Shown: positions 10,736 through 24,644, counted from the first letter of the stretch. The stretch: DNA of 34,989 bases from Octopus bimaculoides (GCF_001194135.2 NC_068995.1:5173048-5208036), one strand, 5' to 3'. Numbers and translations are program-made. Notes: generated by a model not told the origin, from the sequence alone.

Positions 10736-11315
10736 AAAAAAGAAGGAACATAATGTTGTCAATCAATTATATTCTGTACAAAATAACCCCAAATCTTCAA
10801 GACACACACGTACACCCATGCTCATTCTCACATAACCACACACACACACACTATCATCATCCCCCCCCACACATACACCACTATGCACACATATCCCTCA
10901 GGCCTTACACCCATGCTCACAGTACCACACGCATTTACATACGCCACCACACCTACACTCACACCAAAACCTACATTCACCGCTCCGCCCCTGCACAATG
11001 CCATGAATTCACCCTCACGCACTCATACACATGCACACATATGCTCATTGTTGCACATGCGCACATATATACATATAGACAGTTGCACACGATGACTTAT
11101 ACGCACATGTATAACCAGATTCATACAAAGAAGCACACACGTAGATTCATATATGTACACACATATACATAGACACACATACACACACACACACATACAT
11201 AGGTATGCAAACATATATACATTATACACATATTCATATACACATACATATATATATGCAAATGCACATACACACGCATGCATACGTAAACACACACACA
11301 TACAAATGCACACAC

Positions 11316-11550
11316 ACATGTGCATACATAAACACACACATGCATACATAAACACACACACACATGCATACATAAACCCACACACATGCATACATAAACC
11401 CACACACATGCATACATAAACCCACACACACATGCATACATAAACCCACACACATGCATACATAAACACACACACATGCATACATAAACACACACACATG
11501 CATACATAAACACACACACATGCATACATAAACACACACATGCATACACA
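11316..11550. repeat. Minisatellite, about 20-24-nt unit CATGCATACATAAA(C/A)CACACACA, about 10 copies
   Basis: Directly visible tandem units. Source of the Cys/Val-rich spurious ORFs at 11023-11706. Confidence 0.9.
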
Positions 11551-12884
11551 CACATATATATACAAATAACGCACACACTGATACATATATAAACATACAT
11601 ATATAATAAAATACACACACACACACACACACACATATAAGCACAGGAACAATATCTTGAGGCCTTTCAGCTTGTGGTTTTCTCTGAGTAGAATGTTTTT
11701 CCCCAATATTTATATATTTTTACATTTCCAACAATAGTTTTTAAAATTAGATTTTCCTCATTCCATATTCTCTATTATCAGCTTTAATGTTTTATTCTTC
11801 CAAGACAAAAATCATGTTTTTTACGTAAACAAAGTTCACTTGGTGTATGAAGTATGCGGAATACTATGTCAATGTAAAAAAGAGCAAAAATACCCCTCAA
11901 AATCTTTGACTAATAACAGAAGCTTCATTCTTATGTTTGTGTTAAGATAAGCTGTCACTAAGCATTCCTGACTTGCTGGTCTCTGCCACTATCATCGCCC
12001 ATATTTTGTCCAGCCACCATAGCTCTCATACTAGCCTCACTTTTCTCCTGTTTTCGCTCCCTAGGACATCATCCCCTAGGGAATAAACTCCCAGCCCATG
12101 TTTATCCAGTCAAAGTCATCAACTTGTAACTCTTTAAGAAGAATACACCTGTCACATCAGTCTCACAGAAGCTGTAAAGGCTTTGGTTACTTTCCCCTTT
12201 CTCAAAAACCCATCATTAAACTGAAAAGAATGGTTTATATGCATGATATTGTCATTCAGAAGACAAAAAGTTTGTTTTCGAAATTCCTCTTTAACTAGAA
12301 AATAATTGAGATATTATGAAAATTGCTGAAATGGTCTTTAGAAATTGAAAATATCTTTTTTACTCTTTCTTTCTCTCTCCTTTGTTCTTATCTCACTTAT
12401 GCTCTTTCTCTCTCTCTCATTGCTCTTTCTTGTTCATTCTCTCCCCCCCTTTTCTCTCCTGTGCTCTCTCTCTCTCTCTCTCTCTCTCATTTGCTGTCTA
12501 TTTCTTTCTCCTTTAAGCTCTCTCTCCCCTCCACTCCTTATCTTTCTCTCTCTCACAAAGCCAATTACCAAGACAAAATGACACCACCAGTTTTAGACAA
12601 CAGCCTGGTTACAAAGCTGGTGTTTGAAATATAAAGATTGATGAGAATGCTCCACAACAATTTCTTTAAACATACTGGGTTGGGGGTATGTAAGCCATTG
12701 ATGCATTTAACCCCACCACTGCCCCTCATTCAAACCAGATTTCCAGTCCTAAGATATTTTGATGCGCTTCTCCATACTGCATCTTCCCTTGTCTATGTCA
12801 CAGTTTGTAACAGGTACAAGGGGTAAAGTGATTCTCAAGCTGAAGACCATCATCATTATCATCACCATTGTCGTCATCATTGTT

Positions 12885-13370
12885 TAGCATCCATTAAATG
12901 ATGATGATGTTTGTTTTTGATGGTGGTATGGGTTGGATGGCTTGACAGGAGTTGGCAAGGCCAGAAACTGCACCAGGTTCCATAATCTGTTTTTGGCTTG
13001 GTTCTTGCAGGTGGATGCATTTCCTAGTGCCAACCACTTTACAGAGTGGTGTGGGTGCTTTTAACGTGGCACTCACACCAGTGCATTTTATGTGGTACCA
13101 GCCCCTGTGCTTTTTTATGTGGTACCAGCCCCTGTGCTTTTTTATGTGGTACCAGCCCCTGTGCTTTTTCTGTGGTACCAGTACTTTTTATGTGGCACCA
13201 TCACCAGTGCTTTTTATGTGGCACCATCACCAGTGCTTTTTCTGTGGTACTAGCACCTGTGCTTTTTCTGTGGTGCCAGCACCAATGCTTTTTATGTGGT
13301 ACTAGCACCAATGCTTTTTATGTGGTACTAGCACCAGTGCTTTTTATGTGGTACCAACACCAAATGCTGG
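12885..13370 (-). mobile_element. Family C element with an internal 26-27-nt tandem array
   Basis: ATGGGTTGGATGG...GGATGCATTTCCTAGTGCCAACCACTTTACAGAG is the reverse complement of the family C tail. It is followed by about 11 units of GTGCTTTTTATGTGGTACCAGCACCA. Confidence 0.8.
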
Positions 13371-14349
13371 TGTAAGCTGTCCTATCCATCAACAAATAAT
13401 TAACTTCCATCTGGTCAACTTACAGAGATGGAAGTAGAGGTTAGCTGCAGCCATCAGTGGCAAGTTCTTTTCCTGGTTTCTCTGTACAAGTCTGAAAGAC
13501 ATCCCACAGTCACAGACACCACCATACTGCATTTGATTAAGTCATAAATAATCGCACATTACTCATTTCCAGAGTTTTGCAACTGATTTTTACTGCTCAG
13601 TTTTATTGTAAAATATTAAAACAAGAAAATGAATAAATAATATATTGATATATTGATAACAGTGATAAATAAATATCAGACAGTGAAGAAATATTCCATA
13701 CAATGTGGATTTGGAAGATATTGGTTGTTCTGTTAGAATTTCTCGGAAGGAAAATAACTCAATTATCAAACTTACAGTAGCTTAAATAACAACTTCCCTT
13801 CGCTTGTGAGACATCAAAGGAAGTTACCATCAATGGATAACTACACATATACACAATCACAGTAGACATACACCTATACACACAGGCACTGTATATATAT
13901 TATATATATATATATATGTATCTATCGTTGCATTTTGGATAGGTCATACTAAGTAAAACAACAACAATAACAACAAAGAAAAAACGAAATCCAAAAGCTT
14001 ATAGTTCATTTCTTTGCTGATTGATTCTGCAACTATATCTCTGTAAAGTTTTCTTCAATGAAGTCTAGCGGAAGAACTTTCATGAAAAAGGAGATAAGAG
14101 TGAAGCAGAAGACTTTGTCACATGTATTTTCATTGACAAAATGACTATGAACTACTATAACCTCCATTTTTGGACTTACTCTATTATACTCTGTGAACAA
14201 TAAATTATCCCTGGAATTTCAGTTTGTATGGAATGGTTTCCTTTAAGGGAAACTGTCCACTTCCCTTCAGTGTCAGAACTTGTATTTGCAGGAGAGCTAA
14301 TAAAGGATTAGAGCTCAGACCTCTAAATCCTCTTTTATCTACATATACA

Positions 14350-14389
<40 letters not shown>

Positions 14390-14390
<1 letters not shown>

Positions 14391-14525
14391 CATCATCATT
14401 TAACATCCACTTTCCATACTGGCATGGGTTGGATAGTTTGACCAGAGCTAGTAAGGCCAAGGGCTGTGCTAGGCTTCATTGTCTGTTTTGGTATGGTGTC
14501 TTTGACTGGATACCCTTCCTACTGC
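14390..14525 (-). mobile_element. Family C 3' fragment
   Basis: CATCATCATTTAACATCCACTTTCCATACTGGCATGGGTTGGATAGTTTGAC is the reverse complement of the family C end. Confidence 0.75.
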
Positions 14526-15555
14526 ATAAGGGTATGAGGGCTTGAGGAGTGCTCAGTCACTTGCATGTTAACTTCATGAGCAGGCTGATCCATTGATCGG
14601 ATCAACTGGAATCCTTGTCATCAAAATCGACAGTGCTAGTTATTTGGTAACTTGTTTTCAAGTTTAATTTTGTTTCAGTTCTCTGTCTGTCTGCCTCTCT
14701 CTCTCTATCTATCTGCCTGCATTTCTATGTATATATTTATGTATGCATGCATGTATGTATGTATGCATATGGCAAAGCGCATTTTGCATTGCACTTCTCA
14801 AGTATAAAATCTTCTCCTTAGATGTGGGGCTTATAATTTCTCATCGAATCTATTTGCAACTGGAAGCGCTTTCTAGCAGAACCCAGGTTAAAGATCTATA
14901 TTCTATGGACCAAGAGAAAGTAGTAACAATTTCAATGTGGGTGTAGAAGTTTGGTAAGGGTGTACAGTGTGACAAGGGAAGGGGCTTTTTACCGTGACTA
15001 ACTTGTAACCCGATACATCCATCCTCCTTTGCATAGCCAGCATGTATTGTTACCGGGGCAGATGTGTGTGTGTGAGTGTGCATGGGGGAAGAGCTACAAG
15101 GACAAATAGATTATATCATCCTCATCAGAAATCAAATCTGTATATGCCTACATATATAGCAATGTACACAATATATGTTTATACACACTGACATACATGC
15201 TCATGTAGACACAGAGTAATGCATTCATATAAACAAACATACTAGAGTCATCGTGTATACACTCACCAAAATACAAAAAGGGGCACTTTAAAATATGTAG
15301 ACGAATGCATAGACACATGCATACGTGCACACACACACACTGATGTGCATCCAAACATTTATACACATAGTGACATATATATGTATATTCACACATATAT
15401 ACATACATACATACATACACCCACTGACATGCATATATCTACATATATACATACATACACACACACACGAAAACAGGCACATAGATAACATACATAGATA
15501 TACACATATATATGAGACAACAAAGAACACCAATATGCATATACATACATACACA

Positions 15556-15605
<50 letters not shown>

Positions 15606-15632
15606 AACACACACACACACACACACATATAG

Positions 15633-15663
<31 letters not shown>

Positions 15664-15704
15664 TAAGCTTACAGACACCCAGGTACATACTTAAAAGTAC
15701 TCAC

Positions 15705-15733
15705 TCACACTTCAAAACTTCAAAGTCATTTTC
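15705..15733 (-). CDS. Candidate 29-nt coding microexon (phase 0 to 2): ENDFEVLKC(D)
   Basis: Acceptor atctatgtttttgccag|G and donor GA|gtgagt. Joined to 5396-5517 it gives ...EVLKCDVTVNALHCAKNEWPNC (C-x8-C-x7-C). An alternative gtgagt donor 4 nt upstream would give a 25-nt exon. Confidence 0.45.
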
Positions 15734-15840
15734 CTGGCAAAAACATAGATGTTCTACTTAAATGTATCGAGCAATCCTTCAGTTTTGATTTTGAATGTAT
15801 TTATGTATAACATGCATGAAAAAAAACAAACAAAACATTA

Positions 15841-15941
<101 letters not shown>

Positions 15942-16909
15942 TGTCTGTCTGTCTATCTATATGGCAAACAGCTTTTGGCATTGCATTTATAAAGCATAAC
16001 AGTTTCTCTTTAGGTATAAGATTTATAATTTAATTTGATAAGTGTTATGCATGAAACTGTCTCACCTTGAGTAACTTATAGATTTACAACTAATAAATGT
16101 AGAAATATAATATAATATAATATAATATATATATATATACACTACTTTTTGTATTGAGTACTATTTCTCCTGTTTGTACTACCAGACCTAGACACATACA
16201 CACTTATATACATATGTGCATTATTGTTATGTGTGTGTGTGTGTGTGTTTGAGGAATTTATCAGTTAAACTGCAGATCAAGTAACAATGTTATGTAGAAA
16301 CCAGCCGAGAAACCATTATATTGTTGTAATTAGTTTCGTGTATTTATTTTGTCCAAACTAAGCTTTGTTACCGTTTCAGAAGCAGGTGGTTAACGTAAAA
16401 TTGAGCTAATATTATGAATAATTTACTGATACACCATTAAAACACAGACACAAACACACATAGCATCTATATACATACATGCATACAAAGTCATGCATAC
16501 ATTCACAGAGACACAGAGACTCTCTCATACATGCAAAAGCACCGATATGACTGCCATTGCATCGTGTGGTCTATATCAGTCTGCTGCATTATCTGTGGTC
16601 TACAGTCTTTTAATGCCAAACCCAATCTGAGTTGACAAGTCCTGTCCTCCTAAATTTGAAACCAAAAACATCAGTTTTATAGCTTCAATGCTGTTGAAAG
16701 ATTTCTGCAAAAGTTTTATCTTAGGAGAAAGAAAAACAAATGTAATTGTATTTTATATGTAGAAACAAACTTCTGAACACACCACAAAAAGCAATGTGAT
16801 GTAATCAGTGTGGTGAGATTATTCATGAGAAACCATGACAGAGCTGGGGAATATAGGCCTGTCTGTACCTTACTGTCTTTGTGAATGATATGAAACATTA
16901 CATTCTTAC

Positions 16910-16936
16910 CAGATAAGAAATGCTTTCTTTCATTGC
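16910..16936 (-). CDS. Weak candidate 27-nt microexon (phase 0 to 0): AMKESISYL
   Basis: ctaat branch-like motif, acceptor gatatttag|G, donor CTG|gtaaga. Phase fits before 15705-15733. Confidence 0.2.
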
Positions 16937-17199
16937 CTAAATATCAACAGCAGATTAGGTTGTAATCTGAGTTTCTGAGAAATTTGAAAACTTGTCCTCA
17001 TTTTCATAGTTGGATTCTCATAGCCAAGAAAGTTGACTGGTGGTACATATACAGTGAGGTATATATGCAGTGCTGGATTAGCCATTATGCAAAATAAGCA
17101 TGTGCTTAGGGCATCAAGGGAAGGAGGGGGCACCAGAGAAATGGCAAATGGTTTATGGCACAAAAGAAATCACTTTAAACTTACTCAAATAATATTCAG

Positions 17200-17478
17200 G
17201 ATGCTTTATCTCTACTAAGTATAGAAGTAGATGTGTTACATAAGATTAATTTTGAGGATCTGATCAAAGACTTTGCAATTAAAAGAAGTAGGTGAAAACT
17301 TTTGAAATATAAAGGAAGTGGAATATATGAAAATAAACATTATTTTCGATCTTACTGTTTTGAAAGCTAAAAACTTATTTTATGGTTTATTATTGTTTAT
17401 ATTTTAAATTACATATATATGGGGATATCCAAATCTTTACAGTGCTAAAGGCTTCTAAGGGTCTTAATTCATCCCTGG
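17200..17478 (+). mobile_element. hAT transposon 3' remnant (dimerization-domain C-terminus plus terminal region)
   Basis: Translation DALSLLSIEVDVLHKINFEDLIKDFAIKRSR*KL resembles the hAT/ZMYM1-like C-terminal motif (L..L.IE.D....I.FEDLI.DFA..K.R). It ends in TIR-like GGTCTTAATTCATCCCTGG. Confidence 0.7.
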
Positions 17479-18099
17479 GCATGTGTAGATGAGGTAAGTT
17501 GGTTGTTATAGAAGTTAACGGATACCTAAATTGTTGAGGCAATATTTGCTGGTTAATAGATATATAAAGGTGAAAGAATGTTAAATTATTTCTCCGAAGA
17601 CAGCAACCAAGAGCTTAGAATTGATAAGTCTTTACATTTTGGTCTGAAGTATGAGTCTGTGATTATCGATATTTTTATGTGCAACAGTGTGACAGAGATA
17701 CTGGGATCACCATCATTCTGCAGGAAAATGGAACAGATTCAGAGATTCATTGGGATGAATGGCTCGTCTAATGGTACATAAACGTCATTGGTTACCAGCA
17801 TTTTATAGGAAACATCAGGAAAATTATGTGGATCAAGTGACAGCAGCTAACACGTAAGTGGCTGAAGGATCACAGTTTGGTGCCAAAAGGCATCAAAATA
17901 AATAAATAAACATGAGAAACACTGGCGGTGAGATGTTCCAAGTATTGTATTGGCTGGAAAAGGACTAAGAAGAAATGAAGATATTTTATTTCTAAATGAT
18001 AAGTGAAGTGTTTATTGATAAAGGTCAATAATCAATTTGAGGCGTGGGATCAGGAAGTTCAATCATTCTTCTTTTTATCATAATACAGGTGATCATTAA

Positions 18100-18295
18100 T
18101 AAATTGTTTAGATGTGTAAATAACATTAATAAATTAGTTACCAGTGTAAATATCTATACATTATTTTACCAGTATAAATATCTATAAATTAGTTAGCGGT
18201 GTCAATATCAAATAGATTATTTAGCTGTGCAAATAACTATAAATTATTTAGCAGTGTAAATAGCTATAAATTAGTTAGCAGAGTAAATATCCTGT
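18100..18295. repeat. Degenerate minisatellite, 27-28-nt unit AAATTAGTTAGCAGTGTAAATATCTAT, 6-7 copies
   Basis: Visible units such as aaattagttaccagtgtaaatatctat and aaattatttagcagtgtaaatagctat. Confidence 0.8.
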
Positions 18296-18449
18296 TGTTA
18301 TTCAATGTATTTTTATCTGCTGTTCACAAGATGATCATTAATAAATTTTGGTCTTTTGCCATTCCAGGTAGACTGGAAAATATTAGGAGAAAAAACGTCC
18401 CTATATATATATGTATGTGTGAGAGTGTACACTTGTATGTGTGTGTGTA

Positions 18450-18484
<35 letters not shown>

Positions 18485-18786
18485 GTGTGTGTGTATGATT
18501 TATAATGATGAAATTTGTAAGCATACATATATTTACATAGTTATCTATATATGTAATGATAAATATATTCACCATATATATATGATTTTAAATACATATA
18601 TATGAATATATATATGTTATATGCATATATAGACATACACATATACATACATGACACCATGGTAGAGAAATGGAAGTATACTTTAAAATGTTGACTATCT
18701 ATCTATCTATCTGTCTGTCTATCTCTCTGTCTATCTCTCTATCTAACTATCTATCTGTTTCTCTCCCTCTTTCTCCACACACACAT

Positions 18787-18821
<35 letters not shown>

Positions 18822-19890
18822 CATTATATATATATATACACATATATATACCAAATAACATATATATACCAAATGAAGAAGAGCAAGAATCAAAAATTGA
18901 GATTGTTTGAAAAAAAAAAAGAATGTAGGAAGAAAAACGACAAAAATAAGAAAATGGTGGAATGTATTTTAAGTTAACTCAATAGAAAAATAGGATAATT
19001 TCAAAAACAATAAAACAATAAAAAATTCAACAGAAAAAAAAATTACAGCAACAATATATACAATAGAAACAATGTAAAAAGCTCCTCCTCACCACTAGAC
19101 TATATACACTCCAACCAGCCCCACCACTCCTGAACGGAAATCTTTGAACACAAACCAACAAATGGTAAAATAGAATTGAAGCAATTCCTTATATTTGAAG
19201 CAAGACTAGAAAAGATAATAACAGGCATAAACGAAGCTACACTCGCTAATTCTATATTATTATATTATTATATTATAGAAATTTGATTTAATTTAATTTT
19301 AGTTTATATTTTATTTTTTGACATTTTTCAAAAATTCATTTTAATTTTCTGACTTTTTCTTCTATTTTGGTTGATTTACCCTCACCTTTTTTCATTAAAA
19401 AAAAAAGACAGATAACTCAAGATATATATATATATATATATATATGCATGTATGTATGTACATATGTATGTGTGTACATATATATATATTGGCACACACA
19501 CAGACAAGTAAACATACACACACGAAGTTATGTTTAAGTAGAGCTTATAGATTTGCATCTTCGATTTGTTTCAGTGCTTTGGAAAATTGAAGGAGACTAT
19601 ACATAAACACACATAGATATGAGCACACAGATACACATAGATATGAGCACACAGATACACAGATATGTATGTGTGTATATGATATGTATACACGCACACA
19701 CATGAACACACATGCATGTTATGTAGATATGTACATTATATAGACATACTAGAGATATAGTTTATATATAAATATATCTGTGTCTATATGTGGCAGTGTA
19801 TATATATATACATACATATATATATTTGTTAACACAAAAATCACACACGCACATAAACACATATGCTTCAATATATGTATATGTGTGTGC

Positions 19891-19937
<47 letters not shown>

Positions 19938-20011
19938 CATATATACATAAATATATATACACATGAATACACGCACACACATATATATATATACATGTAT
20001 ACACGCACATT

Positions 20012-20043
<32 letters not shown>

Positions 20044-20115
20044 ACCATATATATGTAAGTACACACACTCACATATATATACATATATACAAACATATAT
20101 GTATATATATATAAA

Positions 20116-20150
<35 letters not shown>

Positions 20151-20244
20151 ATACATATTTATACATATACATGTATATACATATATACACACACACACAC
20201 ATATATATATATATACACCCACACACACATATTCTTTTGTTTTA

Positions 20245-20373
20245 NNNNNNNNNNNNNNNNNNNNNNNNNNNNNNNNNNNNNNNNNNNNNNNNNNNNNNNN
20301 NNNNNNNNNNNNNNNNNNNNNNNNNNNNNNNNNNNNNNNNNNNNNNNNNNNNNNNNNNNNNNNNNNNNNNNNN
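20245..20373. other. Assembly gap (N run); further gaps at 22779-22788, 25273-25282 and 32015-32186
   Basis: N characters, each gap flanked by low-complexity sequence. Confidence 1.
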
Positions 20374-20959
20374 GTATATATATATAAATGAATTCACAAA
20401 TATATGTATACATACACACAGACATCAACATAAGTATATTTATGAGTGTTTGTGTGTATACATACATACATACATATATATATCTATATATATATATATA
20501 TACGCACACACACAGTTCAGTATATTTTAACATCTATGAAGATTTACCCACCTGTATGCTTACATATACATACAAATTCTCATACATGTGTGCACACACG
20601 CACTCATACACACACACACGGACAAAATAGTAAAATTTGCGAACACAAAAACAGAAAAAACCCTAGAACAAAATGGAAAAATGTATATATACATATTATT
20701 GTTGTTGTTTTTGTTGTGTTTGTTATTCCTCTGTGTGCACCTTGTTGTTGTTAATTCTACTGATTCACCATTTTATTGATTTTCTTTTTTAAAGCTGGGT
20801 TGGAAAAATTGCTTTTAAAAATGGCAACGTAGATTTCAGTGGAAAAGACTGTGTGTTAAAAGGAGTGTACTTTTAGTGTAGATAAAGTGTTGTTTTTAGT
20901 GTAGAATGGAATGTTGCCATTTTGCAACTACAATTAATACGTAAGTTAATTTATGTCTG

Positions 20960-21310
20960 ATAGTGTCAGAGCTGTGATCTCTGAATGATTGCGGAGAAGT
21001 GGCTCAATCTGAAGAGACTTCCTGATGTCTGTAACTTTATTCCAGAGATATTTGGAAGAATCCTATTTTGGTTTTTTCTCATTAGAATGTCACAAGAAAG
21101 AATCACAAGATTTATTTTTCAAGCCAAGCCAGATTGTTGGAGACCAACAGCAAGAGATTCGGATAATATCCATAGATCTTAGTGGGTCCTGCTTGGAAAC
21201 CCAGCTGAAAACAGTAAAGATGTTGCTTCTGATAGGATCCTATGGAAGAGGTGCTTGAGTGTACCTCCCCAGGAATTATGGGAAGAGAAGATGCATGGAT
21301 GGTTAATAAT
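20960..21310 (+). mobile_element. Decayed RTE-clade LINE, 3' end of the RT ORF
   Basis: IRMSQERITRFIFQAKPDCWRP..DNI and DVASDRILWKR resemble the RTE C-terminal motifs (RM...RI.......P.G.RPRGRP...W.DNI and A.DR..WR). It is followed by aataataat. Confidence 0.6.
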
Positions 21311-21330
21311 AATATTACAATGTTTGTTTA

Positions 21331-21558
21331 GGTGTTGGTGCCATGTATAAAACACCTGTGCTGGAACCATGTACAAGGCACCCAGTACACTCTGTAAAGT
21401 GGTTGGCATTAGGAAGGGCATCCAGCCATAGAGACTGTGCTAGACAGATAATTAGAGCCTGGTGCTGCTCTCTGGCTTGCCAGTTGCTGTCAAACCGTCC
21501 AACCCATGCCAGCATGGAAAATGGACATTAAATGATGACGATGATGATGATGGTGATG
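21331..21558 (+). mobile_element. Family C element
   Basis: GTGGTTGGCATTAGGAAGGGCATCCAGCC...AAACCGTCCAACCCATGCCAGCATGGAAAATGGACATTAAATGATGACGATGAT. Confidence 0.8.
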
Positions 21559-21946
21559 TGTATAGGAGACAAATATCATCATGGATGCTGCAATTGTTTA
21601 ATTTACAAAAGTGTTTCACCAATGATATTCTTCTGGATAAAACTCAACAATCAATGAAAACTTCCATCCATTACAGAGTACTCCCACTGCTTACATGGTG
21701 CTGAATGGAATAATGGTGCCATTTCATTTATTGAAGCAATATCAAAGACAGTGTCCATAACAAGCAGGATATTTTAATGGGACAGGTATCCATTGATGGG
21801 TTTTATAAGTATTTATTTGCGAATAACTCGAGAAAGAAACACTATATTCTGGAAAGTAATTCCATTGAATACTGCTAGCAATGAAACACTGGTCAGGTTT
21901 ATCATGCTCCCCCTGCTAACAGTGGTGCAATATGTATGATAGATAA

Positions 21947-22171
21947 GATGGTGAGCTGGCAGAAATGTTAGCATGCAGGACGAAATGCTTAGCAGTATTT
22001 CGTCTGTCTTTATGTTCTGGGTTCAAATTCTGCTGAGGCTGACTTTGCCTTTCATCCTTTTGGGGCCGATAAATTAAGTAGCAGTGGCATAGTGGGGTCG
22101 ATGTAATTGACTTGCTCCCTCCCTCCCACCGAAAAAAAATTTCGGGTGTTGTGCCTATAGTAGAAAAGAAT
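21947..22171 (+). mobile_element. Family B SINE, full length
   Basis: GGTGAGCTGGCAGAAATGTTAGC...GGGTTCAAATTC...GATAAATTAAGTAGCAG...GTGGGGTCGATGTAATTGAC...GTGCCTATAGTAGAAAAG. Confidence 0.85.
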
Positions 22172-22374
22172 ATGTATGATTGATGTAATATGTATGGTAG
22201 ACATTTTGTTGTGACCTACTAGCAGCTATGTGGACTGAGCTTTTGCTAGTTAAAGGTCCTGGATATGGGCACAACACAGTGTTGGACACAGCAGCACATG
22301 TTTTTTTGGTACCTCAGACAGAATTCTCCTCTTCTATTTAAAAAGTGAAACATAATGATAAAGGTAGTTTCTTC

Positions 22375-22555
22375 TGTTAGAAATAGCAGCCAAATCTTAC
22401 TGTATAATTTATCCTTTTAAAATAGGAAGAACACTTGAGTTAATACAATCCTTTTTTGACCAGAAAAACATTGTGATAATCACAGATGGAACATCATTGA
22501 TTGTTGGTATGATTGATTGGAGTTTCCTTTGATCTTAGCAATAGAACAACATCAA
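22375..22555 (+). mobile_element. Family D repeat, diverged
   Basis: GTTAGAAATAGCAGCCAAATC head shared with 26160 and 33301. Confidence 0.5.
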
Positions 22556-22846
22556 GAAGTTAAATATAAGATAAATAGTGTAGTACCCATCAAAACTGAT
22601 GGTGTTTAGAATAAATTATACAAACATTTGTGTGAAAGACTAAGATTGAACAGTGACATTGGCTGAGATAAAGAGATGTGGAGAGAGCTCATCCGATGGT
22701 AGAAGTAAGAATAATCAAGTGAGAAAAATAGAGAGAGAGGGGGGGGTAGAGAGAGAGGGGGGTAGAGAGAGAGGGGGGNNNNNNNNNNCATTCTCTATCT
22801 CTCTCTTACTCTTTCAAATACGAGTATACTGACACAGACTCTCCCT

Positions 22847-22889
<43 letters not shown>

Positions 22890-23557
22890 CCTGGCTTTCT
22901 ATTTATTTAATTGCATTTTATTAATGGCAATGGGGAGCTGCTGCACAACCTTTGTTCCAGGATCAACTTTGAAAATGAAGATTTTGGATTTCACCTTAGA
23001 TGCATTTAGTTCAAGGTGTTGTGTGCATAAATGTATGCATATATGTATTTATGTGTGTGTATATACATGTACACACACAAATATATATATATAAATACAC
23101 ATAAATATATATATATATATATATATATACATACACACAAACATAAATATATATACATATATATAAACACACATGAATATATATATGCATACACATATAT
23201 ATTTATGTATTTAGGTATGCATGCATGCATGTATGTATATATGCATGTATGCATATATATATGTGTATATGAATGTATGCATGTATGTATATATGTATAT
23301 ATATGTATATATGTATGTAGTTGCAAAATATTCCTACAGTATCAGAACCAACCAACAAAAAGAAAATGACATAGGCTACCCCGCCATCTCTTATATATAT
23401 ATACACATACATACATACATACATATATACACATACATGTGTGTGTGTGTATATATGTGTCTCACTGCATCCAGTGATTTGGTGCTTCAGTGTGGCTTCT
23501 CAGTAACAAAATAAATTGGATATTGTGTGTAAGTCTGTCGGAAATATAAATTCTCAG

Positions 23558-23589
<32 letters not shown>

Positions 23590-24644
23590 AAAAGATGAAA
23601 AAAGAACCAACCAAGCACCACCCACCTGGTACCAAGGTGAACTGTGGCAATGTAGAAGGAAGTCTTTTGCACAGAAACATAAAACAACTAATGAAAAACA
23701 AAGTCTGTAAGATGATTGAACTAAAGACACTCTCCAAAATGAAGTTAGTTTTAATACTTTAGCCAATGGTCTATCAGAACACTTCCCTCTCCACCCCTCT
23801 TCACCTCACCCCAAGCATTCTTAACAAAGAGTGAAAATTAAATTCTTATTTCAGAGAGTAAAAAACAGGAAAAAAAAAAGAAAGATAAAAGTCAACTAAA
23901 TATAAAGCAAATATGAAGAAAAGAAACTATGACATCAACAACAACAGCAAAAATAAATTAAAAAAAAAAAATGAAAATTAACAAAAACTAGATTTAAAGG
24001 AAACAAAAACAGAATTACTTAATCATCATCACCACCACCACCACCACCACCACCACCATCATAATCGTCATCGTCATCATCATCAACAACAGCACCAACA
24101 TCATCATCAACATCAACATCAAGTTGATGATAAAAATATAATGATGAAAATGATGATGATGATAATGATGATGACAATAATAATAATATAATAATATTAA
24201 TAATGATATACAAGAATATAATTACTTTATTAAATTTGCAGAAATATTTTCATTAAAACAAACAAATCTGCATGTACACACACACACAAATACATATACA
24301 CATACACACATACACACAAACAAACTCACATAATAAATACATATGCACACATACATATTGAGAAAAAAAAGCAGCCAGACACATGCAAGCGCACACTCTT
24401 TTACACACACACACACATATACACACTCACACACGCAAGCACATGCAAAAACATCTTCACTCAAAAAAACCACATCTCACACACATACACACGCACAGAG
24501 CAACACAGACAGACTCCCACAGGCAGACACTGATACACACCACACACACACATATACACATACATAGACAAAAACAGACATGCAAAACACACACACAGCC
24601 AAAAATAGACAAACAAGCACACACAAACAGAATCACACACACAC

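Noticed and set aside
13081-13362. Regularly spaced 26-27-nt repeats as a CRISPR array
   Set aside because: Contiguous units without unique spacers, inside a retroelement, eukaryotic context, no cas genes.
17809-17853. Plus-strand 45-nt exon candidate KHQENYVDQVTAAN with gtaagt donor
   Set aside because: Isolated, opposite to the supported exons, and within a block (17480-17960) that may be decayed LINE sequence.
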